DNA of 64,000 nucleotides from contig CAVSHO010000011.1 in the NCBI GenBank assembly GCA_963727825.1, positions 352,001-416,000 on the forward strand, written 5' to 3'. Below the pieces are notes generated by a model that ran no database searches, was not told where the DNA came from, and was given only the letters and a program-made list of their open reading frames with translations. This document shows, piece by piece, positions 40,946 through 51,473 of the stretch. Numbering within the stretch: position 1 is the stretch's first letter; every line of letters starts with the position of its first letter. The position numbers and the translations under genes are program-made. Source of the stretch: Ignavibacteriota bacterium (GTDB lineage Bacteria > Bacteroidota > Ignavibacteria > UBA10030).

Positions 40946-41970
40946 GTATCGGAACCTAATTGAGAAAGATCAATATTGATGGAACGTTTCTTATATGGCA
41001 AATAGTAGTACATCATATTGGGGTAATTATCGAATATCATAATCTGACCATCTGGAGGCAATGACAACTTACCCACAAGTTTTCCCGTCGTTGCTTGAAA
41101 AATAGAAATTTTACCTCCCAACGTATTCGAAGGATTTCTAAGATTAGGATCTATAAACGGTGGATTTTCATTTATTATCACATATTGTGCATCCCCTGAT
41201 AGAAAAGCTTCAGAAATAATTGGAAAATGAATAGGCGTATAAAACGTATCCTTCATTGCATCGTAGAGAAGATATTGCGTATCTACAGAATCTCCACCAG
41301 ATAAATCATATCCAAAAAGTGCTTTCCCTTTTCTTCGATCATGTATAATTTTTACTTGTGCTGGCGGTCCAATTTGATCAATAAGCTTTCGAGAAATGAT
41401 TTTCTTACTCAACAAAGAGAAACCAGTTAAACTGGATTTGCGAGCAACCGGGTCAGTTTGTCTGCAATAAAGAATGGTACCATCCTCTGAAGAAAATGTG
41501 TTTTCCCAAATTGAATATGTATGAATGTCGAAGCTGTCAATCTTAGATAGTGAAATATCATCATAAACATAAGTATTGCTTTCACTCGAGATATAGACTC
41601 GATGCAATTGAGGACTATACTTTACCCCCGTTGTATATTTCACTTCACATTCGGGGAGTTCTTTCACTAACGAGGGATTATTTGTGTTAATAATGGTAAC
41701 TCGTCCTTCATAAGGATCATTCCCATTCCAATAATACAACCAGGTTTGTGTATTATCCCATTCTAATTTGCTTGTACCCACCTGTGGTGCAGAAAAAAAC
41801 AATTCTTTCGCGCCTGTTAGGAAATTTATACGAAATATATCACCAAGATTAGTTGTGTCATTACGATACCATTGATAATAATAATAAGGCTGTGCATTCA
41901 GAGTCATTCCAAAACAGAAAATTGATATAACTAGAAGTGATAAATAATATTTAAATAATAATTGTTTCAT
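39604..41970 (-). CDS. Secreted protein with an N-terminal beta-rich domain and about six tandem ~74-aa beta repeats
   Basis: Signal peptide ending LNAQ; repeats TVxFQT..VQL..S.G..LDTG.VQ(Y/F)..GGW..FGTT.NG...KELLP.KYTFR..Y. Confidence 0.8.
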   Translation of the reverse strand: MKQLLFKYYLSLLVISIFCFGMTLNAQPYYYYQWYRNDTTNLGDIFRINFLTGAKELFFSAPQVGTSKLEWDNTQTWLYYWNGNDPYEGRVTIINTNNPSLVKELPECEVKYTTGVKYSPQLHRVYISSESNTYVYDDISLSKIDSFDIHTYSIWENTFSSEDGTILYCRQTDPVARKSSLTGFSLLSKKIISRKLIDQIGPPAQVKIIHDRRKGKALFGYDLSGGDSVDTQYLLYDAMKDTFYTPIHFPIISEAFLSGDAQYVIINENPPFIDPNLRNPSNTLGGKISIFQATTGKLVGKLSLPPDGQIMIFDNYPNMMYYYLPYKKRSINIDLSQLGSDTCTVKLLSSIGSLLTTGTLQYRDSIWENATNNNDGTFTINTTKKKLSLRMTYAYGTQTKSNVTIKNDTTIIFQTKNVAVNLQNSQGNQLDTGIVQYNAGGWQDFGTTLNGVVTKELLPIKYTFRLTYNGPTVSKTQNIDSNATVVFQTVPANVQLQTSTGTPLDTGVVQFDAGGWKNFGTTLNGVVTKELLPTKYTFRIAYNGATISKAQSIDSSLTVVFHTIPAIVQLQTSTGALLDTGIVEYNSGGWRSFGTTSNGITTKELLPTKYTFRVTYDGATVSKAQSIDSNATVIFQTVKALVQFNNSKGNPIDTGIVQFNSGGWKDFGSTLNGVISKELLPVKYTFKLTYNGSSVSIAQNVDSSATINFSTVLCTVSVTNSSGSPLNNATVSYNAGGWKVIGITINGIVTIELLPVKIQFRAVYGTKQQSVTQDVSINPLVAITLPVQ

Positions 41971-41987
41971 AGTTTTACTCCGTTATT

Positions 41988-44882
41988 TTATTCACAGGGT
42001 CCTTGGCCATGGTAATAATCCATACATCGTATCGAATATTCGCCAAATATATTTGTTGTTCTGTCCAATTTGTTTGGATCTTTAATCCATTTCCCGGGAC
42101 CTAATGGTTTGTCTATATAATCTGGCACCCATCTCCAATAGACACCGCCGTTGTATCTTTGAAAGATTTCCTGAATTCTTTGTTCTTCGGTTAATGGTGT
42201 TGGGTTCATTGGTATTTGTGTAACACTGTCTATAGGATCTGCATAATAATATTGAGGGACAGGTTGTGAAGGCCAACAATTTCCATTTTTAATTGCAGTG
42301 ATATATGCTTCAACATATTTTTTCTTGTCACTGAATATTCCAATGCCTCCAGCGATATTCATTTTCCAATTCCAAATTAAATCATCTTTAGCAGGATTGT
42401 GAATTTGCATTATCCCAAAATCATTGGGATCACCTTGATTAGTTTTACTATTCCATCCTTGTAGAGGCATTCCCGAGCTTGTTACAAATTGTTTGAATCC
42501 GCTCTCTAAATAATATGAAAGAATTTGCAACATTTTTATATCGATCGCATCACAATTCGCGCCAGTCGCTGCTACTGATATTTCTGCACAGACATCACTT
42601 TTCTCAGGATTTTTCCCTTTAATTACGAAGGGATTCGTAAGAGTTTTTGGGCCATACGTTTTTCCATCTGCATCCGTTGCTTGCACATCAATCGTCATAT
42701 CGTCACCGCCGCGAATATAGCCGTCGGGTAATGTAAAAGGTATTTCAACTACACCACTGCCGGTATTATTTCCTTCAAAATGTCCTGTTGTTATTCTATG
42801 CGGATCCGGGCCAAGAGCAGTCCATTGTAATTTTGTGAAGGTAACTTTAAAAGAAGCATCTTTATCATAATTTTTAAGCTGTGCTTTTATGATCAAATCA
42901 GGCATTTTTGGGACTGGGTCAATTTGTTTCAATTCTTTTGCATTGTCTTTCGGAGAAATCACTACTAAATCTGGTCCTTCTATCGTCAATGTTGCAGATT
43001 CATTGCATGAAGCACCTTCTGCCAAATCCTGTACCATTGTATACAACTTCTTTGCCAAGACAGCATCGCCTTTCCCTGCCCTCTGTGTTTTAATTCCATC
43101 TGTAATAGCGTTCATCAACGCTTGTTTCTTTGCAACCTTTTGTGCAAATATAATCTTCTCTGCCGCCAGTTTCTTTGTAATAGATTCTTGTGGCGAAACG
43201 AGAACTTTTTTTGTTCCATTTAGGTTTATAATAGGTTTTTTTTCAATTGGCGTTATCTGTTTCTCCAGCATTAATCCTGCATACCTCTTAAGCGTATCTT
43301 TTTCTTGCCCGACATTAATCGAACAGGCAACTCCACTAACTGGAATTACAGTAATATTAACGACAATTGAGTCCACATCTATACTATCGGCAGCTATAAA
43401 CTCAAACGGCTGTGTCCCGGAAATACTTGTCCCTGAACTACCTTTACAGTGCAGTTTTCCATACCGTGCATCGGCATCCATTGAAGCAACAAATATTTGA
43501 CCTGAGGGATATGGAAAAACTCCTTGCTCCGTTTGTGCCATCACACTGATGGTTGTTTTGTTACCTGGAGATATCTCTGATTTCGATAAAGATACAACTA
43601 GACAGGCGGGCTCTACGTCAATATTACACCAACCGTTCCGTTCAGGAAATTCTGTTCGACACACGATTATCTGTGCGTTATTTTCATCGACAAGGTCCAT
43701 TATATCAAGCTTGCTATAGTATTTTACACTACCGCTCTTTGCCTGATTATAGGTAACAGTTACCTGAGTCGGTATTGTATCTGAACCGACAATAAAACTT
43801 CCCGTGTTGGATCCATCGGAAAATGTTATGCTCTTTTCCCCATCCAATGCTACTTCGTTATCATTGATATCTTTGGCAATAGCACGAACGTTCACAGACT
43901 GTCCGGCGTATATCGTGTCTAAGTCCGGTGTTACGGTAAAATGATTAGGAAGAGCTTTTATTAGCTGTATCGTTTTTACTGCCGAAACGCCGTATGCCTC
44001 TGCCCGTATGGATACATTTTCTATCATTTCCGAAGGACCACTCCCATCCCATTCGAAGAAAATACTGGTGGGACCTTCAAGGGGAACCACAATAGAAACG
44101 TCTCCAATAATACTGGATCCATCGGTGTTCCACCCTCTGAGTCTCATACCGCTTGATGGATTTTCAATCGTGAATGTCATCCTCATAGGAGATGTATATT
44201 GCTGATCAATTATAAACGGGTTTCCAGAACCGTTATACAAGAATGCGGTAATGTACGATTGATAGATTTCGTCGTAATCGAAAGATTCTAAAGATGGTGG
44301 AGATGCGATCAAACTACAACTATCGAGTTCATACGCTGACAAGGGTATGACATTGACAGTTGCCGATGCGACAGTTGCTGTTCCTGCAGTCCATGTATAA
44401 TTGACTTGATTATCGGACACTAATCCTACCGACAATGGTGCACTACCACAACCATTAAATAAGTCAACATTAACTAGATAGCCCCCTTGAACTTCAAAGT
44501 TTGCCACTGAGTCGTATATAGAAGTCTTCCAAATCGAATAGAGATTGTGCTCTCACCAGTCATTATTCCAGCCTTCCCCCGATATCGACATCACAGCGTA
44601 ACTTAATCCACCACCAGCCCATTGATAGTTGATGTTGCCAAAAGCATTGATTTGGCATGGACGAGTGGTCCTTATACGAGACCATATGGTATCTATGTAC
44701 AGCAGTGGTATTGTAGAATTTGTCATTGAGTTTAAATTCATTTGTTTCAAAATTTTTGTTCTTGGCGAAATCGAAATCTTTTCATGTATTTTTATCTGTG
44801 CGATAAGCACAGCAATAGAAAGCAGGGAAAGAATTGCAAGAATCGAAAGTCTGCGTAGAATTAAAAAGGTAGTTACTTTCAT
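41988..44882 (-). CDS. Large secreted protein with C-terminal lytic transglycosylase (SLT/lysozyme-like) domain, interrupted by one in-frame TGA at 44553-44555
   Basis: ORFs 44553..44882 (signal peptide) and 41988..44507 share a frame with 15 sense codons between them. The C-terminus has SLT-type motifs LESG, GIMQI, WNWKMNIAGG and RYNGG. Confidence 0.7.
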
Positions 44883-45095
44883 ATCGCCTCTCAGTTAAGT
44901 GAAAGCTTGTGGTGCTTATAGTGTAGCTTAATGAAAAACAATAAATCAGAAGTGTGTTTGTATTATACTAAAGTGTTTTAATGCTGTCAACAATATTTTA
45001 CCGGAAATCAACACATTTTTTGCTACAAGCAACTTGTTAAAATACGACAAGGTTCTCGGGAACTTTTTCAGAAATATGCATCTGCAATTTATCCG

Positions 45096-45419
45096 GTTGC
45101 CAACTCCCGACTAATGCCTCCTGTCATATGTTGACGCGTTTTGGGAGAACATTTATCCGCCGTCTGTGTGGCGGGCTTCTCAGCCGTGTGTGCTTTTTGC
45201 CTGCTCGTAGCAGGCGGGAACTCTGCAACTTTAATTACCATCATTGATTGATACGATGTTGTTCGTGGTACAACTCACTCACAACTGAAAAATGAGCCTT
45301 TAGCTGGGAGGGAGTTGCACTCCCGACCAATAACCTCCCCCCATATGTTGACGCGTTTCGGGAGAATATCTCCCTTACAACAAAGACAACCAGTTGGACA
45401 CACAATTGTGTGTCCCTAC
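45096..45419. repeat. Intergenic hotspot of several palindromic REP-like elements and a ~56-nt imperfect direct repeat
   Basis: Direct repeat 45096-45152 / 45314-45369; CCGCC..GGCGG 45157-45174; GCCTGCT-cgt-AGCAGGC 45199-45215; perfect palindrome GGACACACAATTGTGTGTCC 45396-45415 followed by CTAC. Confidence 0.75.
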
Positions 45420-45480
45420 GAATTCATCTTTGACTTTGCGCGTATATTTGGATAGATTTTCTACAAGAGAAAAAAAATCT

Positions 45481-45906
45481 ATGACTGAATGTATTTTCTG
45501 CAAAATTGTTTCCAAAGAAATTCCATCGGAAGTCCTGTATGAGAACGAAGATGTTATTGCTGTTCTCGACATCAATCCAATTCATTTTGGACATGCCCTA
45601 ATTATACCGAAACAGCATTGCGACGATTTTCTAGACCTGCCGGATGGAGCGTATCATTCAATACTTCAAGCAGCTAAAATTGTCACAAAGGCATTGGTTC
45701 AGAGTCTAAAGCTTGAAGGATATAATCTTTTTTCCAATAACGGAAGAATTGCAGGACAATCCGTGTTTCACTTTCACCTCCATATCACACCGCGATATCG
45801 TGATGACAATATTAGATTCCTTCTCAATCTTAAAAAATATTCCGATGGCGAAATGAAAAGGTACGGTACGATGATTCGAAAATTTATCAAACCAACAACA
45901 TTATAG
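45481..45906 (+). CDS. HIT-family protein
   Basis: CIFCKI, GHALIIPKQH, AGQSVFHFHLHI. ATG 45481 preferred over the upstream TTG, which lies in repeat DNA. Confidence 0.92.
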   Translation: MTECIFCKIVSKEIPSEVLYENEDVIAVLDINPIHFGHALIIPKQHCDDFLDLPDGAYHSILQAAKIVTKALVQSLKLEGYNLFSNNGRIAGQSVFHFHLHITPRYRDDNIRFLLNLKKYSDGEMKRYGTMIRKFIKPTTL

Positions 45907-45922
45907 AAGATTACGAAAATAG

Positions 45923-47170
45923 ATGGCACAATACATTAAGCTAACACCGCCAGCCGCAGGACAACCAATACGATTTGTTAATGGCAAACTCGACGTTCCG
46001 GATTTACCCATCATCCCATTTATTGAAGGCGACGGTACAGGACCGGATATCTGGCACGCATCACAACGTGTATTCGATGCTGCCGTTGCGAAAGCATACA
46101 GCGGGAAGAAAAAGATAATTTGGTTTGAAGTATTCGCCGGCGAAAAAGCGAACGAAGTATATGGCCCAAACACCTGGCTCCATGATGATACACTCGTCGC
46201 CATCAAAGAGTACATTGTTGCAATCAAGGGACCCCTGACAACGCCAATCGGCGGCGGCATTCGTTCTATCAATGTCTCATTGCGGCAAATGCTGGATCTA
46301 TACGTATGTTTGCGGCCTGTTCAATATTTTGCCGGAGTGCCATCGCCGGTGAAACATCCGGAATTAATCGATATGGTCATCTTCCGCGAAAACACAGAAG
46401 ATATTTACGCAGGCATCGAATGGAAAGCCGGAACACCGGAGGCGAAAAAAATCGTGGCATGGCTGCAAAAAGAAATGGGTGTGAAGAAGATTCGATTTCC
46501 CGAAACTTCCAGCATCGGTATTAAACCGGTCTCCGAGGAAGGAACTAAACGGTTAGTTCGCGCAGCGATTCAATATGCCATCACTCATAAGCGTAAATCT
46601 GTGACGTTAGTGCACAAGGGCAATATTATGAAATTCACAGAAGGCAGCTTCCGGGATTGGGGCTATGAACTTGCGCAAAAAGAATTTGGCGGTACGCTCA
46701 TCGATGGCGGTCCATGGGTAAAACTCCCGAACGGAATTATCATTAAGGATGTTATCGCGGATGCATTCCTTCAACAAATTCTCACGCGTCCCAATGAATA
46801 CGATATCATCGCTACACTCAATCTTAATGGCGATTATATTTCTGACGCGCTTGCCGCGCAAGTCGGCGGCATAGGTATTGCACCCGGCGGCAATATCAAT
46901 TATGAAAACGGCTTTGCAGTCTTCGAAGCAACTCATGGAACTGCCCCAAAGTACGCTAACCAGGATAAAGTGAATCCCGGCTCTGTCATTCTCTCCGGCG
47001 AAATGATGCTGCGTTATATGGGTTGGAATGAAGCCGCCGATCTCATCATCAAGGGACTCAATAAAAGCATTCAGGCAAAAACTGTCACGTACGACTTTGC
47101 CCGACTGATGGATGGAGCAAAGGAAGTGAAATGTTCAGAGTTTGGCGATGCTATAATTAGGAATATGTAA
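45923..47170 (+). CDS. icd: NADP-dependent isocitrate dehydrogenase
   Basis: [58 protein letters not shown]. Confidence 0.96.
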   Translation: MAQYIKLTPPAAGQPIRFVNGKLDVPDLPIIPFIEGDGTGPDIWHASQRVFDAAVAKAYSGKKKIIWFEVFAGEKANEVYGPNTWLHDDTLVAIKEYIVAIKGPLTTPIGGGIRSINVSLRQMLDLYVCLRPVQYFAGVPSPVKHPELIDMVIFRENTEDIYAGIEWKAGTPEAKKIVAWLQKEMGVKKIRFPETSSIGIKPVSEEGTKRLVRAAIQYAITHKRKSVTLVHKGNIMKFTEGSFRDWGYELAQKEFGGTLIDGGPWVKLPNGIIIKDVIADAFLQQILTRPNEYDIIATLNLNGDYISDALAAQVGGIGIAPGGNINYENGFAVFEATHGTAPKYANQDKVNPGSVILSGEMMLRYMGWNEAADLIIKGLNKSIQAKTVTYDFARLMDGAKEVKCSEFGDAIIRNM

Positions 47171-47182
47171 GCGCAACGAACC

Positions 47183-47219
47183 TTAACCTTGTCAAAGGTT
47201 GGAACTTTGACAAGGTTAA
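47183..47219. repeat. Empty copy of the AACCTTGTCAAAG REP-like palindrome; may also terminate icd transcription
   Basis: TTAACCTTGTCAAAG-gttggaa-CTTTGACAAGGTTAA, same arms as 16554-16610. Confidence 0.85.
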
Positions 47220-47230
47220 CAATTCATTCC

Positions 47231-47830
47231 ATGGAAAACATCAATCAGGTCAGCTATATCGTCACTTTGGGCTACGTAATACTTTGCTGGATTGTTTTTG
47301 CCATCAGTTTTCTCTTCCGAGAAAAACCGGAAAAGATGCGGAACATCAAAAGTGGTGAAGCATCCAAGATGGGTATTAGCATGGTAGGAATAGGATTTAT
47401 AATGGTATTTAGTCTCCATCGAACAGCATGCACACCGATTCTTCCTTCGTGGGATATTATAATTACTTTCATCTCATTACTGACCGTAGTAATCAGCACG
47501 TACTCCGTTTGGCTGCTCCTTTCAGGGGTTCGATATCTTGGAAAACAATGGCAAATGAAAGCGGGGATCGTCGAACACCATCAACTGATTACAAGCGGTC
47601 CGTATGCAATCGTTCGACATCCAATTTATACGGGAATGTTGGGAATGTTGATGGCAACAGGTCTGGCAATGACCGCTTTTCAGGTATTTATGTATGCAAG
47701 TATTATTGCTATTATTGGAACATTACTACTAATACAGAAAGAAGAGATTCTTCTCCGTGAGCAATTTGGAGAGAAGTTTGAAAAATATGCTGCCTCCGTT
47801 CCCACCCTTTTTCCCTTTATGAAATGGTGA
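47231..47830 (+). CDS. Isoprenylcysteine carboxyl methyltransferase (ICMT/PEMT) family membrane protein
   Basis: HQLITSGPYAIVRHPIYTG, EEILLREQFGEKF..Y..VP; multiple TMs. ATG 47231 preferred. Confidence 0.85.
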   Translation: MENINQVSYIVTLGYVILCWIVFAISFLFREKPEKMRNIKSGEASKMGISMVGIGFIMVFSLHRTACTPILPSWDIIITFISLLTVVISTYSVWLLLSGVRYLGKQWQMKAGIVEHHQLITSGPYAIVRHPIYTGMLGMLMATGLAMTAFQVFMYASIIAIIGTLLLIQKEEILLREQFGEKFEKYAASVPTLFPFMKW

Positions 47831-47910
47831 ATTTGCATCTCAAGCCTGTTTCTTGAAAGACTGGGCATTTTTCAGTATTATATATACAAAATTCGTAACA
47901 GAGAATTGCC

Positions 47911-48201
47911 ATGACTCAAGCTCCAATACAAAATCCGACTCTGCAGGAAGAAAAGGATACCGATATACTGATTGAACAACCGGCGAAAGTAATTTTGTTC
48001 AACGATGAGATTCATTCGTTCGACGAAGTAATCGGACAGATTATCAAAGCCACTGGCTGCGATACAGCGAAAGCAGAAGCATTAACGTGGGAAGTTCACA
48101 ACAGCGGCAAAGCGATGGTGTTTGAGGGACAAATGGATAACTGCTTGAAAGTGTCTCATATATTAGAAGAGATCGCCCTTAACACGCAGATTGAAATATG
48201 A
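47911..48201 (+). CDS. clpS: ClpS adaptor protein
   Basis: KVILFNDEIHSFDEV, EVHNSGKA. Confidence 0.85.
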   Translation: MTQAPIQNPTLQEEKDTDILIEQPAKVILFNDEIHSFDEVIGQIIKATGCDTAKAEALTWEVHNSGKAMVFEGQMDNCLKVSHILEEIALNTQIEI

Positions 48202-48216
48202 AAGGGGGATATTGCC

Positions 48217-48417
48217 ATGCCGAATATGGTGAAAGAAACTCAAGTTCTTTATAATGCTCACGGTAAAAGGACACATGTGATCTTGCCAATCAAGAGCTAT
48301 GAAGAACTTCTTGCACGTATCGAAGATGCTGATGATATTAAAGCGATAAAAGCTGTGTTCCATGAAAAAACTATACCATGGAGTCAAGTAAAAAAACAAT
48401 TACACAAGAATCGTTAA
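48217..48417 (+). CDS. Putative antitoxin of the RelE-type module
   Basis: 66 aa; GKRTHVILPI..YEELL..IEDADD..IPW; abuts the toxin gene. Confidence 0.7.
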   Translation: MPNMVKETQVLYNAHGKRTHVILPIKSYEELLARIEDADDIKAIKAVFHEKTIPWSQVKKQLHKNR

Positions 48418-48672
48418 GTGTACTCCATCGTTTTCACATCTTCTGCGTCCAAGGATATTATTTCTCTTCCAATTATTGTTCAAAGAAGATGCGAAATCTT
48501 AATTGGTCGATTTACATACCACCCTAAACCAGATGGTTGTAAAAAATTAAAGGGGTTGGATAATACATGGAGAATCCGTATTGGAAACTACAGAATTTTA
48601 TACGGCATTGATGACATTTACAAGATACTAACGATTTACAGAATTCTTCACCGTAAAGAAGCATACAGATGA
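48418..48672 (+). CDS. RelE/ParE-family toxin
   Basis: [30 protein letters not shown]. Confidence 0.85.
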   Translation: MYSIVFTSSASKDIISLPIIVQRRCEILIGRFTYHPKPDGCKKLKGLDNTWRIRIGNYRILYGIDDIYKILTIYRILHRKEAYR

Positions 48673-51463
48673 CATCAGCTGAAATCCGAAACAGTTTCTT
48701 AAAATATTTTGAAGAACGCGGTCACACAATTATTCCAAGTTCACCTGTTGTTCCTTATGACGATCCAACACTTCTATTCGCAAATGCTGGAATGAATCAA
48801 TTCAAGGATGTATTCCTTGGCACCGGCAGGCGAACGTACAAACGCGTGGTAAATACACAAAAGTGTATCCGTGTCAGCGGGAAACACAACGACCTTGAAG
48901 AAGTCGGACGCGATACATACCACCACACTTTTTTCGAAATGCTTGGCAACTGGTCGTTCGGCGACTATTATAAAAAGGAAGCTATCACGTGGGCGTGGGA
49001 ATTGTTGACAAAAATCTGGGGACTGCCCAAGAATCGCCTCTGGGCAACAATTTATAAAGATGACGAGGAAGCTGAGCAATTTTGGAAAACTCTCACTGAC
49101 ATAGACCCGAGCCATATTTTACGATTTGGTGAAAAAGATAATTTTTGGGAAATGGGTGAAGCCGGGCCGTGCGGGCCGTGCTCTGAAATACACATTGACC
49201 GCACACAAAACGGAACTGCAACTGCAGAAATGGTGAATGCCGGAATACCGGAAGTGATGGAGATTTGGAATCTCGTCTTTATCCAATACAATCGTGATGA
49301 AACCGGCAAAGCTTACTCCCCTGCCAGCAAAACACGTTGACACCGGAATGGGTTTCGAGCGCGTCTGCGCAGTACTACAAGGAAAGAATTCCAATTACGA
49401 TACCGATGTTTTTACTCCGATCATCAATAAAATTAGTGAGATAACAAAACAGCAATATAGTGGCAATATTCAATCTGCAATCGACAATCGTCCCGACAAA
49501 AAGAGTCGGGATGCACAAAACGCACAATCGGAAATCGATACATCTATGCGCGTCATTGCTGATCACGTGCGCACACTGACTTTCGCGATTGGCGATGGTG
49601 CTCTGCCGAGCAACGAAGGACGCGGATATGTTCTTCGCCGAATTTTACGCCGCGCTGCCCGTTTCGGGCGCAATCTTGACATGCACGAGCCGTTCATTTA
49701 TCAGCTTGTACCTACTCTTGTTGAGACAATGAGTTACATCTTCCCGGAAATCAAAACACAGCAAGAACACATTCAAAAAGTGATCAAAGGTGAAGAAGAA
49801 AGCTTTCAATTCAACATTGGATAATGGATTAAAAATCTTCGAAGAGCTTATTACAAAGCCTGAAACGCAGACTTCAAAAGCAATTTTCGGTGAAGACGCA
49901 TTTCAAGCTCTATGACACATTTGGCTTCCCACTCGACCTCACGGAATTAATGGCAAGCGAGCATGGACTAAAAGTTGACGTGGAGACTTTTAATAAATTG
50001 ATGGAAGAGCAAAAAGAGCGGTCTCGAACAGGTTCGGCAAATTTAAAAATTCCGATGCAAATATTAAGCGCGACTGGAACATATATACCACCTGAGAAGA
50101 CTTTATTCTTAGGATATTCTTGAAACAAAACTCAATTCTACAGTATTAGCTAATGGAGTACTTTCTAATGGTCTTCAGTGGATTGCTCTCCGTAAAACCC
50201 CATTTTATTCGGAAAGTGGTGGACAGGTAGGGGATACTGGATTTAATCATTGCGGATGGAATCCAATATAAAGTGATTGACACAAGAAGAGAACAAGGCA
50301 TTTACGCGCACATAACAAAAGGTAATCTTCTTGACATCAAAAATAAAATCGTTACAGCAGAAATTGATTTGGAACGCCGCCTTTCCATCCAACGCAATCA
50401 CTCAGCTACGCATTTGCTTCACAATGCACTGCGTAGGATTCTTGGAACGCACGTGCATCAAGCCGGATCGCTCGTTGCACCGGATTATTTGCGATTCGAC
50501 TTCGCGCACTTTGCCAAGTTAAGTGATCAGGAACTTGCCGACATTGAAGCGTTAGTAAACGAGAAGATCAAAAAAAATATTCCGCGCACTCCCGGATTAA
50601 ATAATATTCCTTTCGAAGATGCTAAGAAGATGGGCGCATTAATGTTCTTCGGCGATAAATATGGAGAGCGCGTAAATGTGATTCAGTTTGGAGATTTCAG
50701 TACAGAATTTTGCGGTGGCACGCACGTGAACAACACCGGCGAAATCGGCTATTTCAAAATTTGCGAAGAGAGCAGCGTTGCAAGCGGCACAAGGCGTATC
50801 GTTGCGGTAACGGGCTCGTATGCACTTGATTATCTAAACGAACAAGAGCATGATTTCAAATCTGTATATAATTCTGCATTTAACCGCATTGAGGAAATAT
50901 TCAAACCACAAATTAAAGATCTTAAAGAGCTTCCGCCCATTCCGAATCAGGCTTCGCCAGAATTAGCCGGTTATTTTGCTCAGTTATACAAAAACAAAAT
51001 AATTTTAAAAAACGTTATTGAACAAGACAACGAGGAAAAGAAGAAGCTGGAAAAAGAACGTGCGAAATCCCGACTGCAATCGTTTTCCGGTTCAATGGAT
51101 GAATTGATTACATCTGCTGTTTCAATTGGGAACATCAAGATGGTCGCAGCAAAAGTCTCTGCTACTTCGATAGATGAATTAAAAAACCTTGGCGACTCGC
51201 TTCGTGCAAAACTTGGCAGCGGTGTTGGATTGTTAGCTGCCGTTATTGAAGATAAAGTCCAGTTTGTCTGCGTCGTTACAGATGATCTCGTCGCTGCAAA
51301 AAAGATTGAAGCCGGGAAAGTTGTCGGTGCAATCGCTAAATTAGTTGGCGGCGGCGGCGGCGGACGTCCGCACATGGCAACTGCCGGCGGCAAGGATGTA
51401 TTAAAATTAGATGAAGCATTAGCACAAACAAAATCGGTTGTGGAATCTCTTTTACGAAAGTGA
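48669..51463 (+). CDS. alaS: Alanine--tRNA ligase with about five +1 frameshifts (probable sequencing errors)
   Basis: [89 protein letters not shown]. Shifts near 49311, 49806, 49903, 50121 and 50245. Confidence 0.95.
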
Positions 51464-51473
51464 ATAAAATCAG

